Shown: piece by piece, positions 48,360-58,254 of the stretch
Layout: the number at the start of each line of letters is the position of its first letter
Position numbering within the stretch: the stretch's first letter is position 1
NCBI GenBank assembly: GCA_965199855.1
Contig: OZ241326.1
Coordinates: forward strand, 416,001 to 480,000
Direction of reading: 5' to 3'
From: a bacterium
GTDB taxonomy: Bacteria > UBA8248
DNA length: 64,000 nucleotides
Translations under genes and position numbers: made by a program
The notes under the pieces: model-generated
What the model was told of the DNA's origin: nothing
The model's database searches: none
What the model saw: only the letters and a program-made list of their open reading frames with translations

Positions 48360-49682
48360 GTGAACCGTCTCGTCGCCCGAGCCATCTCCCTCCTCCTTGT
48401 CCTCGCCTCCGTCGGCCTGGGTTTCGCCGCCTCCGAGGCCGGGCGTCCCCGAAGGCGCCCGCCGCCGCTGGTCTCCCTCGGGAAAGTGATCGAGCGTCAG
48501 GTGAGAAGCCGCCTCACCGTCGTGGGCAGCGTGGCGCCCTACCGCCGCTCCATCGTGAGCAGCGAGCGCGAGGGACGGGTGCAGGCGGCCCCGCTCAAGG
48601 TGGGGGACTTCGTCCGCGCGAACAAAACCGTGCTCGCCACGATTCAGCGGTCGGGCCTGGAGATCGAACTGCGCGTCCTGCGGGCCGAGCTGGAGAAGGC
48701 GCGCCAGGATCTGCTGCGCCTCGAACGCGGCAGTCGGCCCGAGGAAATAGCGGTGCTCCGGGCGAAGGCGAAGGAGCGCGAAGCGCGGATGCGAAACGAC
48801 GAGCTCGAGCTGAACCGCGCCCGCGATTTGTATGAGAGAAAGGTGCTGGACCGCGCCAGCCACGACCGCGCCGAGGCCCGCTTCGAGGCGAGCCGGCAGT
48901 TGCACGAGGAGGCCGCCAGCAATCTGAAGATCGCCAGGCTCGGCCCCAGGGAAGAGGAGAAGGCCCGCGCGCGGGCGGAGGTGAGCCGGGCGCAGGCGCG
49001 GATCGCCCGGGCGCGCGACGATTTGGCCAAGACGGAGATTCGCTCGCCGCTCACGGGCTTCGTCACCCGGAAGTGGGCGGAAGTCGGGCAGTGGCTGGCC
49101 AAGGGCGGCCGGGTGGCCGAGGTCATCGAGCTCGACAGGGTGCTGGTGCAGGCCCCGATTGCGGAGCGGAGCGTCTCCCTGGTGCGCGTCGGGGACGAGG
49201 CGCGCGTCGTCATCGACGCCCTGGGGGGACGGACGTTCAAGGGGCGGGTGCGCGGCGTCATTCCCAAAGCCGACCCCAAGAGCCGCGCGTTTCCCGTGGA
49301 AGTGGAGATACGAAACACCGATTCCTACGATCTCAAGGCGGGAATGTTCGCTCGCCTGAGCCTGGAATACGGAGAAGCGTCCAGGACGCTCCTGGTGCCC
49401 AAGGACGCCCTGATTCTCAGAGCGCGCGGAGCCTCCGTCTTCGTGTTCGAGAAGGGGCGCGTGCGCGAGGTCGCGTTTCAGCAGGGCCGGAGCGTGGACT
49501 CTTTCGTGGAGGCGCCCAGCGGCGCGCTCCAGGCCGGAATGCGCGTGGTGGTGAAGGGAAACGAGAACCTCAGGGCGGGCGTCCCCGTTCGGGTTCAGGG
49601 CGCCCGGCGAGTGCGCGGCGGCCCCCGTGGGCGGAAAAAGCCCTCCGCCGGCTCGGCGCCGGGACGCAAGGCCGGCGGATGA
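48360..49682 (+). CDS. RND efflux periplasmic adaptor (MFP)
   Basis: Signal-like N-terminus, coiled-coil hairpin, IRSPLTG, LKAGMFA, LVPKDAL. Confidence 0.9.
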   Translation: MNRLVARAISLLLVLASVGLGFAASEAGRPRRRPPPLVSLGKVIERQVRSRLTVVGSVAPYRRSIVSSEREGRVQAAPLKVGDFVRANKTVLATIQRSGLEIELRVLRAELEKARQDLLRLERGSRPEEIAVLRAKAKEREARMRNDELELNRARDLYERKVLDRASHDRAEARFEASRQLHEEAASNLKIARLGPREEEKARARAEVSRAQARIARARDDLAKTEIRSPLTGFVTRKWAEVGQWLAKGGRVAEVIELDRVLVQAPIAERSVSLVRVGDEARVVIDALGGRTFKGRVRGVIPKADPKSRAFPVEVEIRNTDSYDLKAGMFARLSLEYGEASRTLLVPKDALILRARGASVFVFEKGRVREVAFQQGRSVDSFVEAPSGALQAGMRVVVKGNENLRAGVPVRVQGARRVRGGPRGRKKPSAGSAPGRKAGG

Positions 49683-49755
49683 AGCGGCGCGGAGAAGGCC
49701 GGCTCGACCTCGCGCCTGAGCGTCCGGGAAGGGAGCCGCCGGGCAAGGAGAAGCG

Positions 49756-52700
49756 ATGAATCTGCCTCGCGCGTGCGTCAAATACCCCGTCACCACCACG
49801 GTGGGCGTCATTCTGGCGGCGCTCTTCGGCGTCATCGGCCTCTACCGGATTCCGGTGCAGATGACGCCCACGGTGGATCGGCCCGTCATCACGGTGGAGA
49901 CCGGATACGAGGGCGCGGCGCCTCTGGAGGTGGAGGAGGAGGTGACGAAGCCCATCGAGGAGAAGCTCACCTCGGTGGAGGGACTCTCGCGGATGATCTC
50001 CCGTAGCCAGGAGGGGAGGTCGCGCGTCGTCCTGGAGTTCGACTGGGGAACGAACAAGGACGTGGCCCGCCTCGACGTCTCGGAAAAGCTCGGGCTGGTC
50101 CGCAGCCTGCCGGATGACTCGGACAGATCCACCATCAGCGCTCTGAACTCGGATTCGGAAAATCCCATCGCATGGGTCGTCGTCGAGACGAAGCGCCCCA
50201 TCAACGAGGTGCGGGTGGAGGGAGACGACGTGATACGCCCCAAGCTCGAGCGCGTGCCGGGCGTGGGCCGGGTCTGGATGTTCGGCGGCCAGGATCGGGA
50301 GGTTCGCGTCACGCTCGACTACGCGGCCATGAGCGCGCGCGGAATCACGGTCGCCATGCTGAGGGAGGCCCTGCGGCGCGAAAACAAGAACACCAAGGCG
50401 GGGCGAATCGACGAGGGCAAGCGCCGCTACGCCGTGCGCACGGTGGGCAATTTCACGCGGCTCGATCAGCTGCGGAACACCATCGTCGCGCAGAACGCGG
50501 GCGGCGCGGTCTATCTGCGCGACGTCGCCAAAGTCGCCTTCGACTACGGGGACGCCGAGCGGCGGATTCGCATCAAGCGGGTGCCCACCATGGGCTTCGG
50601 GGTTTTGAGAAAGACCGGCGCCAACACCATCGAGGTGATGGCGGGGGTGAAGAAGGCCATCGCCGAGATCAACGACATCTACGAGGGGCGCGGCATCAGG
50701 CTCCGGCAGGTCTATGACGAGACCGACTACATCAACCAGTCCCGCTCCCTGGTGGTGAACAACATCTTTCTGGGCGGCGCGCTGGCGATAGGCGTTCTGC
50801 TTCTTTTCCTGGGAAGCCTTTCGAGCGTGCTGGTCATCGGCGTCGCCATACCGGTCACCGTGATCTCCACCTTCATCGTCATCTTCGCGCTGGATCGCTC
50901 CATCAACATCATTTCCCTGGCGGGCATGGCGTTCGCCGTCGGCATGGTGGTGGACAACTCCGTCGTGGTGCTGGAGAACATCTATCGCCATCGGGAGCTG
51001 GGAAAGAGCAGGCGGGACGCCGCCGTGGACGGGGCGCAGGAGGTCTGGGGGGCGGTTCTGGCCTCGACGCTGACCACGCTCGCCGTCTTCATCCCCGTCG
51101 TGTTCGTGCAGGATGAGTCGGGTCAGCTGTTCCGCGACATCGCCATCGCCGTCAGCGCGGCGGTGGCCCTCTCGCTCGTGGTGTCGATTTCCGTGGTGCC
51201 GATGCTGAGTTCGCGCATTCTGCGCGACGCGCGCAAGGCCTCCCCGCTCGCCCGCTTTTTTCAGATTCTGGGAATTTACCTGCTGGGCAGGCTTTGCCGG
51301 CGAATCTACGCGGCCGTCCTGGGCTGGCTGCTGCGCGGGGCGCTCAGGCGCGTCCTCGCGGCCGCGGCCATCACGGCGGGCGCCGTCCTCCTGGCGGTTC
51401 AGTTCTTCCCGCCCATCGACTATCTGCCCAAGGGCAACCGCAACCTCATGTTCGTGTTTCTGCGGACGCCGCCGGGCCTGAATCTCGACGAGGTGGACAG
51501 GATCGTCAAGGGGCTGGAGGCGAAGTTCGCGCGCGTCGAGGAGCTGGATCGGTTCTTCGCCGTGGCGCGCGCGCAAAACCCCATCATCGGCCTCATCGCC
51601 AAAAAGGAGCATTCCGACCTCCCCTCGATGCGGCGTCTGGTGGGCCGGCTGTTCGGGGCGGTGCAGGGCGTCCCCGGGGTGCGCGCGTTCGTCACCCAGG
51701 CGTCCCTGTTCCGGCGGCGGGGCTCGGGCTTCATCGGCGGAATCAACCTCCAGGTGGACATCACCGGAAGCAGCCTGAGCGAGATTCAGCGCGTCGCCGC
51801 CGACGTGGGCGCCAGGGCGCGCGGGCTCGAGGGCGTGCGCTTCGTGAATTCGAGCTTCGACCTGGGAAACCCCGAGCTTCAGGTGCGCGTGGATCGCCAG
51901 AAGGCGGCGGAGTTCGGCCTCTCGGTCTCCGAGATCGGCGGCGTCGTGGAGACGCTCGTGAACGGAACGAAGGCCGGCCTCTTCCGGGACCGCGGAAAGG
52001 AGCTCGACATCGTCCTGCGGGGGCCGCTTTCCGACTTCACCCGGACGCAGGGGATCTCCGAGATCAAGGTGCACACGCCCGAGGGGCGGGTCGCCGCGCT
52101 CGGCGACATGGCCGAGGTGCGCGCGGCGCTGGGGCCGACGAAGGTCGAGCACATCGACCGCGACCGCTCCGTGTCCCTGACGGTCAACATCGGAGAGAAG
52201 CTGCCGCTTCAGGTGGCCGTCGAAAAAATGAAGAAGGAGGTCATCGACCCGATGCGAAAGACGCTTCCGCTCGGCTATTCGGTGGACGTGAGCGGGCGGG
52301 CGAGGGACCTGGAGAGAACCTGGGGTTCGCTCAAGTGGTCGCTTCTGCTCGCGCTTTTGATCACCTATCTGCTGATGGCGGCTCTGTTCGAGGCGTGGAG
52401 CTACCCGCTCATCATCATGTTCAGCGTGCCCTTCGCCGCCACGGGCGGCGTGCTGATGGTGAGCTTCATGAACTCGGTGGAGCCCTCGGTGAAGATGGAC
52501 ACGCTCACCATGCTGGGCTTCATCATCCTGACGGGCATCGTGGTGAACAACGCGATTCTGCTCGTCCACCAGACGCTCAACCATTTCCGTTCGGGCCTGC
52601 CCATGCGCGAGGCCATCCTCGAGAGCGCGCGCGACAGGATGCGCCCCATCTTCATGACCACCATGACGACCGTGCTCGGGATGTTGCCCTTGGTGATCTC

Positions 52701-52947
52701 GGCTGGCGCCGGAAGCGAGCTGTATCGGGGGCTGGGCGCGGCCGTCCTGGGCGGCCTGGCGACCTCCACGCTGTTCACCCTGCTCCTGGTGCCGGTGGCG
52801 TTCTCCCTGTGGGTGGATTTTCTGGGCTTCCTGCGGCCCGCCGCCTTCGTTCCGCCGAAGCCGGTCGAGGCGGCGGCGCTTGCGGAGCCCGACGGCGGAA
52901 ACGGCGCGCCGCCGGCGCCCGCCCCGGAGGCGGCCGTCAGGAGCTAG
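49756..52947 (+). CDS. RND efflux permease (AcrB/AcrD/AcrF family)
   Basis: 1063 aa, GMVVDNSVVVLENI, GIVVNNAILL, RMRPIFMT. Confidence 0.93.
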   Translation: MNLPRACVKYPVTTTVGVILAALFGVIGLYRIPVQMTPTVDRPVITVETGYEGAAPLEVEEEVTKPIEEKLTSVEGLSRMISRSQEGRSRVVLEFDWGTNKDVARLDVSEKLGLVRSLPDDSDRSTISALNSDSENPIAWVVVETKRPINEVRVEGDDVIRPKLERVPGVGRVWMFGGQDREVRVTLDYAAMSARGITVAMLREALRRENKNTKAGRIDEGKRRYAVRTVGNFTRLDQLRNTIVAQNAGGAVYLRDVAKVAFDYGDAERRIRIKRVPTMGFGVLRKTGANTIEVMAGVKKAIAEINDIYEGRGIRLRQVYDETDYINQSRSLVVNNIFLGGALAIGVLLLFLGSLSSVLVIGVAIPVTVISTFIVIFALDRSINIISLAGMAFAVGMVVDNSVVVLENIYRHRELGKSRRDAAVDGAQEVWGAVLASTLTTLAVFIPVVFVQDESGQLFRDIAIAVSAAVALSLVVSISVVPMLSSRILRDARKASPLARFFQILGIYLLGRLCRRIYAAVLGWLLRGALRRVLAAAAITAGAVLLAVQFFPPIDYLPKGNRNLMFVFLRTPPGLNLDEVDRIVKGLEAKFARVEELDRFFAVARAQNPIIGLIAKKEHSDLPSMRRLVGRLFGAVQGVPGVRAFVTQASLFRRRGSGFIGGINLQVDITGSSLSEIQRVAADVGARARGLEGVRFVNSSFDLGNPELQVRVDRQKAAEFGLSVSEIGGVVETLVNGTKAGLFRDRGKELDIVLRGPLSDFTRTQGISEIKVHTPEGRVAALGDMAEVRAALGPTKVEHIDRDRSVSLTVNIGEKLPLQVAVEKMKKEVIDPMRKTLPLGYSVDVSGRARDLERTWGSLKWSLLLALLITYLLMAALFEAWSYPLIIMFSVPFAATGGVLMVSFMNSVEPSVKMDTLTMLGFIILTGIVVNNAILLVHQTLNHFRSGLPMREAILESARDRMRPIFMTTMTTVLGMLPLVISAGAGSELYRGLGAAVLGGLATSTLFTLLLVPVAFSLWVDFLGFLRPAAFVPPKPVEAAALAEPDGGNGAPPAPAPEAAVRS

Positions 52948-53737
52948 CCGATTCCGCCAGGAACGCATCCACCGCCGCGTTCCATTCAACGTGGGAGCGG
53001 CGGTAGCTGTAGTGCCCCCCTTCTTCGAGCACCACGAGCCTCGCGCCCGCTATCGCCTTCTGCAGATCCTCGGCGAAGTAGGGCGGGGTGAGGGCGTCGT
53101 CCTTCGCGGCGATGATGAGCGAGGGCTTCTCGATCCTGTGAATTTCCGCGGTTCGGTCGTGTTCGAGCGTCATGTCGAGCCGCGCGGTGATGACCTCCAC
53201 CGGCGCGATGGTGTCCTTCTGGCGCGCCTCGAGCTCGAGGAGGTTCTCGTACATGTTTCGGAACTGCGTCCACCCGCACGTCCACAGCGAGCTGAACCTG
53301 ATGTATTCCTCCGTCCCGTAAGCTTCGGCGATCTGCCTGCGCGAGGTCTGGAGGCGTGTCATGTAGGGGTCCGCCTTCGTCCAGGTGTTGGTGAAGACGC
53401 AGCGGCCGATTCGATCGGGATGGTCGAGCGCCAGGTTCTGCAGCACGCAGCCGCCCGTGGAGGTGCCCGCCGCGTGCGCCTTTTCGATTCCCAGCGCGTC
53501 GAGCAGGGCGACGGCGTCCTGGGCGATGAGGCGGGTGGAGTAGGCGCCTTCGGGCTTGTCGCTCTCGCCCGTGCCCCGGTGGTCGAAGGTGACGCAGCGG
53601 TAGCGATCCGAGAAATGGGGCATCTGGAAGTCCCAGGCGTCCAGAAGGCCCATGAGGCCGGGGATGAACAGGAACGCCTCCCCCTCTCCGCGTTCCGCGT
53701 AGTTCAGGCGCACCTCACCGGCTTGAATGCGGGGCAT
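52937..53737 (-). CDS. Alpha/beta hydrolase (RutD-like)
   Basis: DHRGTG, GTSTGG nucleophile elbow, DDALTP, GGH. Confidence 0.85.
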   Translation of the reverse strand: MPRIQAGEVRLNYAERGEGEAFLFIPGLMGLLDAWDFQMPHFSDRYRCVTFDHRGTGESDKPEGAYSTRLIAQDAVALLDALGIEKAHAAGTSTGGCVLQNLALDHPDRIGRCVFTNTWTKADPYMTRLQTSRRQIAEAYGTEEYIRFSSLWTCGWTQFRNMYENLLELEARQKDTIAPVEVITARLDMTLEHDRTAEIHRIEKPSLIIAAKDDALTPPYFAEDLQKAIAGARLVVLEEGGHYSYRRSHVEWNAAVDAFLAESASS

Positions 53738-53754
53738 GGCTTCTCCTTTGGAGG

Positions 53755-54768
53755 CTATTCGCTCTCATCGTTCAGGATTTCGGCCACCTCGACGCGCCGG
53801 CCCTCGCGCGCCGCGCGCGCGCCCGCGCGGATGACGGCGAGAGAGGCGACGGCCTCCTCCCCGCCCATCTCGGGGGGCGCGCCTCCCCGGACGGCGTCCG
53901 CGAACTCCTCCAGCTCCTCGAGGATGGCGTCGTTCTTCTCGCAGGCCACCGGCCGGGGCGCCTTCTCCCCCCGGTAGAGAACGCGCAGGCCGTCGAACAG
54001 CGCGTAGTAGGCGGTGGCCTCTTTTCCGTAGACGTTCATCAGGTAGTACTCCGAGGCCGAGGCGTAGCTCGCCGCGAGGTTCGAGATGGCGCCGCATTCG
54101 TGCTCGAGGATCAGGTTCGCCACGTCGGGGTTCTCTCCGGGCAGGACGAGCTGCGCGGCGCGCCCCGATACGGCCGCGACGGGCCCCAGGAGGTAGGTCA
54201 GAACGTCCGCGTAGTGAATCCCTATCTGGAGCATGACGCCGCCCGGCATGGCCTCGGACTGATAGCGCCAGTGGCCGGGCTCGAACCTGCCCTCGCGGTC
54301 CCTGCTGATGTTGCACTCCGCCTGCACCAGCCTGCCGAATCCGCCCGCCTCGATCTCGCCCTTGATCCAGCGAAAGTGGCTCTCCCGCCGCCTCTGATAG
54401 CCGATGGCGAGCACGACGCCCGCCTCCGCGCAGGCCCGGGCGATCGCGCGGCCGTGGGCGACCGTGTGGGCGATGGGCTTGTCCAGAAAGACGTGCTTGC
54501 CCGCCCGCGCCGCCGCCCGGGTGGTTTCGAGGTGAACGTGGTTGGGCGTGGTGTTGATGACGGCCTCGATGGAGTCGTCCGCCAGAATCTCCTCGTAGCT
54601 CGCCGCCGCCGCGCAGCCGTATTTTTCGGCGAAGGCGGCGCGCTTCTCCTCCGAGCGCGTGAAGCAGGCGGCGATCTCGATTTTGTCGGTCTTTTGAACC
54701 GCGTCGGCCAGAACGTCCGACCACCAGCCCATGCCGAGCGACGCCGCGCGGAGGGGTTTTCCGCTCAT
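53755..54768 (-). CDS. Gfo/Idh/MocA oxidoreductase
   Basis: GMGWW, TPNHVH, GKHVFLDKP, GGVMLQIGIH. Confidence 0.88.
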   Translation of the reverse strand: MSGKPLRAASLGMGWWSDVLADAVQKTDKIEIAACFTRSEEKRAAFAEKYGCAAAASYEEILADDSIEAVINTTPNHVHLETTRAAARAGKHVFLDKPIAHTVAHGRAIARACAEAGVVLAIGYQRRRESHFRWIKGEIEAGGFGRLVQAECNISRDREGRFEPGHWRYQSEAMPGGVMLQIGIHYADVLTYLLGPVAAVSGRAAQLVLPGENPDVANLILEHECGAISNLAASYASASEYYLMNVYGKEATAYYALFDGLRVLYRGEKAPRPVACEKNDAILEELEEFADAVRGGAPPEMGGEEAVASLAVIRAGARAAREGRRVEVAEILNDESE

Positions 54769-54805
54769 TGTCGGGACTCCTTCGCGCGCCGCCGGAGGAG
54801 GCGCC

Positions 54806-55246
54806 TCATTCAAAGGCGGCGCCCACCGCCTCGACGGCCGCGCGCGCGATGGCCTCGTCCTGCTCCCAGTCGCCCCCGCTCACGCCGATGCCGCCCATGC
54901 ACTCGCCCTCGTGGAGAATCGGGAAGCCGCCCTCCATCGCCGTCCAGCGCCCGGGCCCGGCGGCGAGGGCGAGGCCGAGGGCGTGCGCCGTGTCGAGATG
55001 CTGCGCCTGCGCGCCCCGCGTGGTGGTGGGGCGCCTGTTCGAGGCGGCGCAGACCGCCTTCGTGGTGGAGGAGTGCGCCGTGTGGAAGCGCCCGCCGTCC
55101 ATGCGCTCGAGCAGGAGGAGGCGCCCGCCCGCGTCGGCGATGGCCACGGTGACGGCGATTCCGAACGCCTCCGCCCTGGCGATGGCGGCGGCCATCATCA
55201 TTTTCGCGCCCTTGTTGGTGAGGCGGTGCGTCCGGGCGAACGGCAT
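54806..55246 (-). CDS. GlcG/HbpS family heme-binding protein
   Basis: VAIADAGG, RMDG, GGFPI, GGIGVSGG...DEAIA. Confidence 0.85.
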   Translation of the reverse strand: MPFARTHRLTNKGAKMMMAAAIARAEAFGIAVTVAIADAGGRLLLLERMDGGRFHTAHSSTTKAVCAASNRRPTTTRGAQAQHLDTAHALGLALAAGPGRWTAMEGGFPILHEGECMGGIGVSGGDWEQDEAIARAAVEAVGAAFE

Positions 55247-55496
55247 GGCCTGGCCTCCTCGCGTCGGCGGGCTTCGGGCGAGCCGCCGTTCGCTTCGATG
55301 CGGCGGGTTTTCGGGCGGCTTGGGGAATCTAGGGGAGGGCGAGGGAAATGTCAACGATTCCGGCGGAAAGCGCGCCGGGAGACGCCCGGGTCTCCGGCGG
55401 GGCGGGCGGGGGCGCAAATGCGGGCGGATGCGCGCAAACGCCGCGGCCTTGCGAAATACCCCCTCCCGGCGCCCCCTGATTCCCATAATCTTTTTA

Positions 55497-55600
55497 TTTT
55501 CAATGAGTTGATATTTTTTTCGCGCTCCGAAGGGTCTTGAATTTGTCGAAAAAAGGCGTGAATTTGCGGGATAAAGGCGTGAATTTGTCGGATTTTGTCG
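55497..55600 (-). repeat. 21-bp-period direct repeats plus TCAACTCATTGAAAA box (copy B, inverted relative to copy A)
   Basis: TGAATTTG starts at 55538, 55559, 55580; TTTTCAATGAGTTGA at 55497-55511. Confidence 0.75.
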
Positions 55601-55794
55601 AAAACGGGATCGTTTTCATTATGGCGCGGACGGAGCGCGCGCCACGCCCTCGCCTTCGTCCTCATCCGCTTCCCGAAATCCATGCGTTCGCCTCCTCCCT
55701 TTCGCGGCGGATTCTCGCGCATTCAGGGGAAAGCCCGACAGGCGCAAATGCGGGCAAATGCGCGCGGCGACCGGGCGGGGGCGGCAACGGTTTC

Positions 55795-58145
55795 GTAGGG
55801 GCGGCCCCCTGTGGCCGCCCGTCGTCAATGGCGAGGATGGGGTGGGGATATTGTAGGGGCGGTTCGAGAACCGCCCGTTTTCAGGAAGACAATCAAAACC
55901 CTGGATTCCGGCCTTCGCCGGAATGACGGCGGAATGAGGACGCGGTGCGGACAACCACAGGGGGTTGTCCCTACGATTCCGATTCGCGCGTCATCGCCGG
56001 GGCGACAACGGGGCGCATATATGCGCCCCCTACGGGCGGGTGTGACGGTTTCGTAGGGGCGGTTCGTGAACCGCCCGTTGCGATAATCGATCGCCGCGCG
56101 AATTCGTGTCCATTACGGGTGGCGGCGATTTTGATTTGCGTAGGGGACGCATTCATGCGTCCCGCCCGGCGTTTCGCGGGGATGCGGGTTTCATGTTTTC
56201 GTAGGGGCGGCCCCGGGGAGGGGCCGCCCCACGATTCGGGAACCGCCCGTTTTGAAGGCAGACGATCAAAACCCTGGATTCCGGCTTTCGCCGGAATCCA
56301 GAGCCGGGGCGCGGGGCGGCAAACGGGCGTTCCCCGCCAATCCATGCGCGGTTTCATGGTTTCGCAGGGGCGGCGCGTGAACCGCCCGTTTTGACGGCAT
56401 GGGCCGACAACCCGGCGATTGCCCGTTCGGTCGGCGGGGCGGGTCGTTCCCGAACGACCCCTACGGGATTTTCACGCCCCGGCGGAATGAGGAACCCGGC
56501 GCGGACAACCACAGGGGGGTGTCCCTACGGGATTGAATCGCCGCCGCGTGAATCGCGCCGACCCGCGAACGGGGCGCAAGAATGCGCCCCCTACGGGCGA
56601 AATGCGCGAAGGACAATCACGGAACGCGGGGGCCATGTTTTCGTAGGGGCGGTTCGAGAACCGCCCGTTTTGAAGGGAAGGCAATCAAAACTCTGGATTC
56701 CGGCCTTCGCCGGAATGACGGGATTCCGGGGCGGCGCGCGGCGGAGGGAAAATCCTCGTTGCCGTCTCGATGTTGCTCCCCGTCGGATCGAAGGGACGCC
56801 GGGATTGGCCTTTCGCCGTCATTCCGGCGAAGGCCGGAATCCAGAACCGGGGCGCGCGGCGGCAAACGGGCGTTCCCGGTCAATCCATGCGCGGGTTCAT
56901 GGTTTCGTAGGGGCGGCGCGCGAGCCGCCCGTTTTGACGGCATGGGCCGACAATCCGGCGATTGTCCGTTTGGTCGGCGGGGCGGGTCGTTCACGAACGA
57001 CCCCTACGGAATGTTCGCGTATCGGCGGGATGGGGACGCGGCGCGGACAACCACAGGGGGTTGTCCCTACGGGATTGAATCGCCGCCGCGTGAATCGCGC
57101 CGACCCGCGAACGGGGCGCAAGAATGCGCCCCCTACGGGCGAAATGCGCGGAGGACAATCACGGAACGCGGGGTTTATGTTTCCGTAGGGGCGGCCCCTC
57201 CCCGGGGCCGCCCCACAATTCGAGAACCGCCCGTTTTGACGGGAAGGCAATCAAACCCCTGGATTCCGGCCTTCGCCGGAATGACGGCCGGGGATGCCCC
57301 TACGGGGCCGGATGGCGTGATTCATCCGTAGGGGACGCATTCATGCGTCCCGCCCGTCGATCGGCGGGGGACGCGGTTTTTTTGATTTCGTAGGGGCGGT
57401 TCGGGAACCGCCCGTTTTGACGGGAAGACGATCAAAACCCTGGATTCCGGCCTTCGCCGGAATGACGGGATTCCGGGGCGGCGCGCGGCGGAGGGGAAAT
57501 CCTCGCCGCCGTCTCGATGTTGCTCCCCGTCAGATCGAAGGGACGCCGGGGTTGTCCTTTCGCCGTCATTCCGGCGAAGGCCGGAATCCGGAACCGGGGC
57601 GCGGCGGCGAACGGGCGTTCCCGGCCAATCCATGCGGGGGATTCATGGTTTCGCAGGGGCGGCGCGCGAACCGCCCGTTTTGACGGCATGGGCCGACAAC
57701 CCGGCGATTGTCCGTTTGGTCGGCGGGGCGGGTCGTTCACGAACGACCCCTACGGGATGGTTGCGGATTGACGGGGTGAAAATGCGGCGGAGGACAACCA
57801 CAGGGGGTTGTCCCTACGGGATTGAATCGCCGCCGCGTGAATTCGTGTCCATTGCGGGTGGCGGCGATTTTGATTTGCGTAGGGGACGCATTCATGCGTC
57901 CCGCCCGGCGTTTCGCGGGGATGCGGGTTTCATGTTTCCGTAGGGGCGGCCCCTCCCCGGGGCCGCCCCACGATTCGAGAACCGTCCGTTTTGAAGGGAA
58001 GGCGATCAAAACCCTGGATTCCGGCCTTCGCCGGAATGCCGGGATTCCGGGGCGGCGCGCGGCGGAGGGGAAATCCTCGCCGCCGTCTCGATGTTGCTCC
58101 CTGTCGGATCAAAGGGACGCCGGGGTTGGCCTTCGCCGGAATGAC
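55795..58145. repeat. Mosaic array of GTAG-type REP hairpins and dRS3-like palindromes (BIME/REPIN-like)
   Basis: Recurrent GTAGGGGCGGTTCGAGAACCGCCC, GGACAACCACAGGGGGTTGTCCCTAC, GTAGGGGACGCATTCATGCGTCCC, GGGTCGTTCACGAACGACCCCTAC, GGGGCGCAAGAATGCGCCCCTAC, CTGGATTCCGGCCTTCGCCGGAATGAC. Confidence 0.9.
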
Positions 58146-58254
58146 GGCCGGGGCGGAGATCGAACCGGCGGGGGTTTCCATGAAAAAACCGGGCGCAGGG
58201 ACGATTTCGCGCGTCCCCGCGCCCGGCCGTGAATCCGTCGGGCGTTCCGCGCCC

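Noticed and set aside
55351-55722. ORF with QIHAFIP-type 7-aa repeats (and its counterpart 45467-45811)
   Set aside because: Similarity between the two ORFs is confined to the 21-bp repeats and the downstream box is not in a shared frame, so a DNA-level element is more likely
55795-58145. CRISPR array
   Set aside because: Repeats are of several different sequences and both orientations, the intervening sequences are themselves duplicated, and no cas genes are present
55811-58232. Many short ORFs across the repeat array
   Set aside because: They are translations of palindromic repeats (WIPAFAGMT, VGAVREPP) in all frames with no RBS or coherent domain
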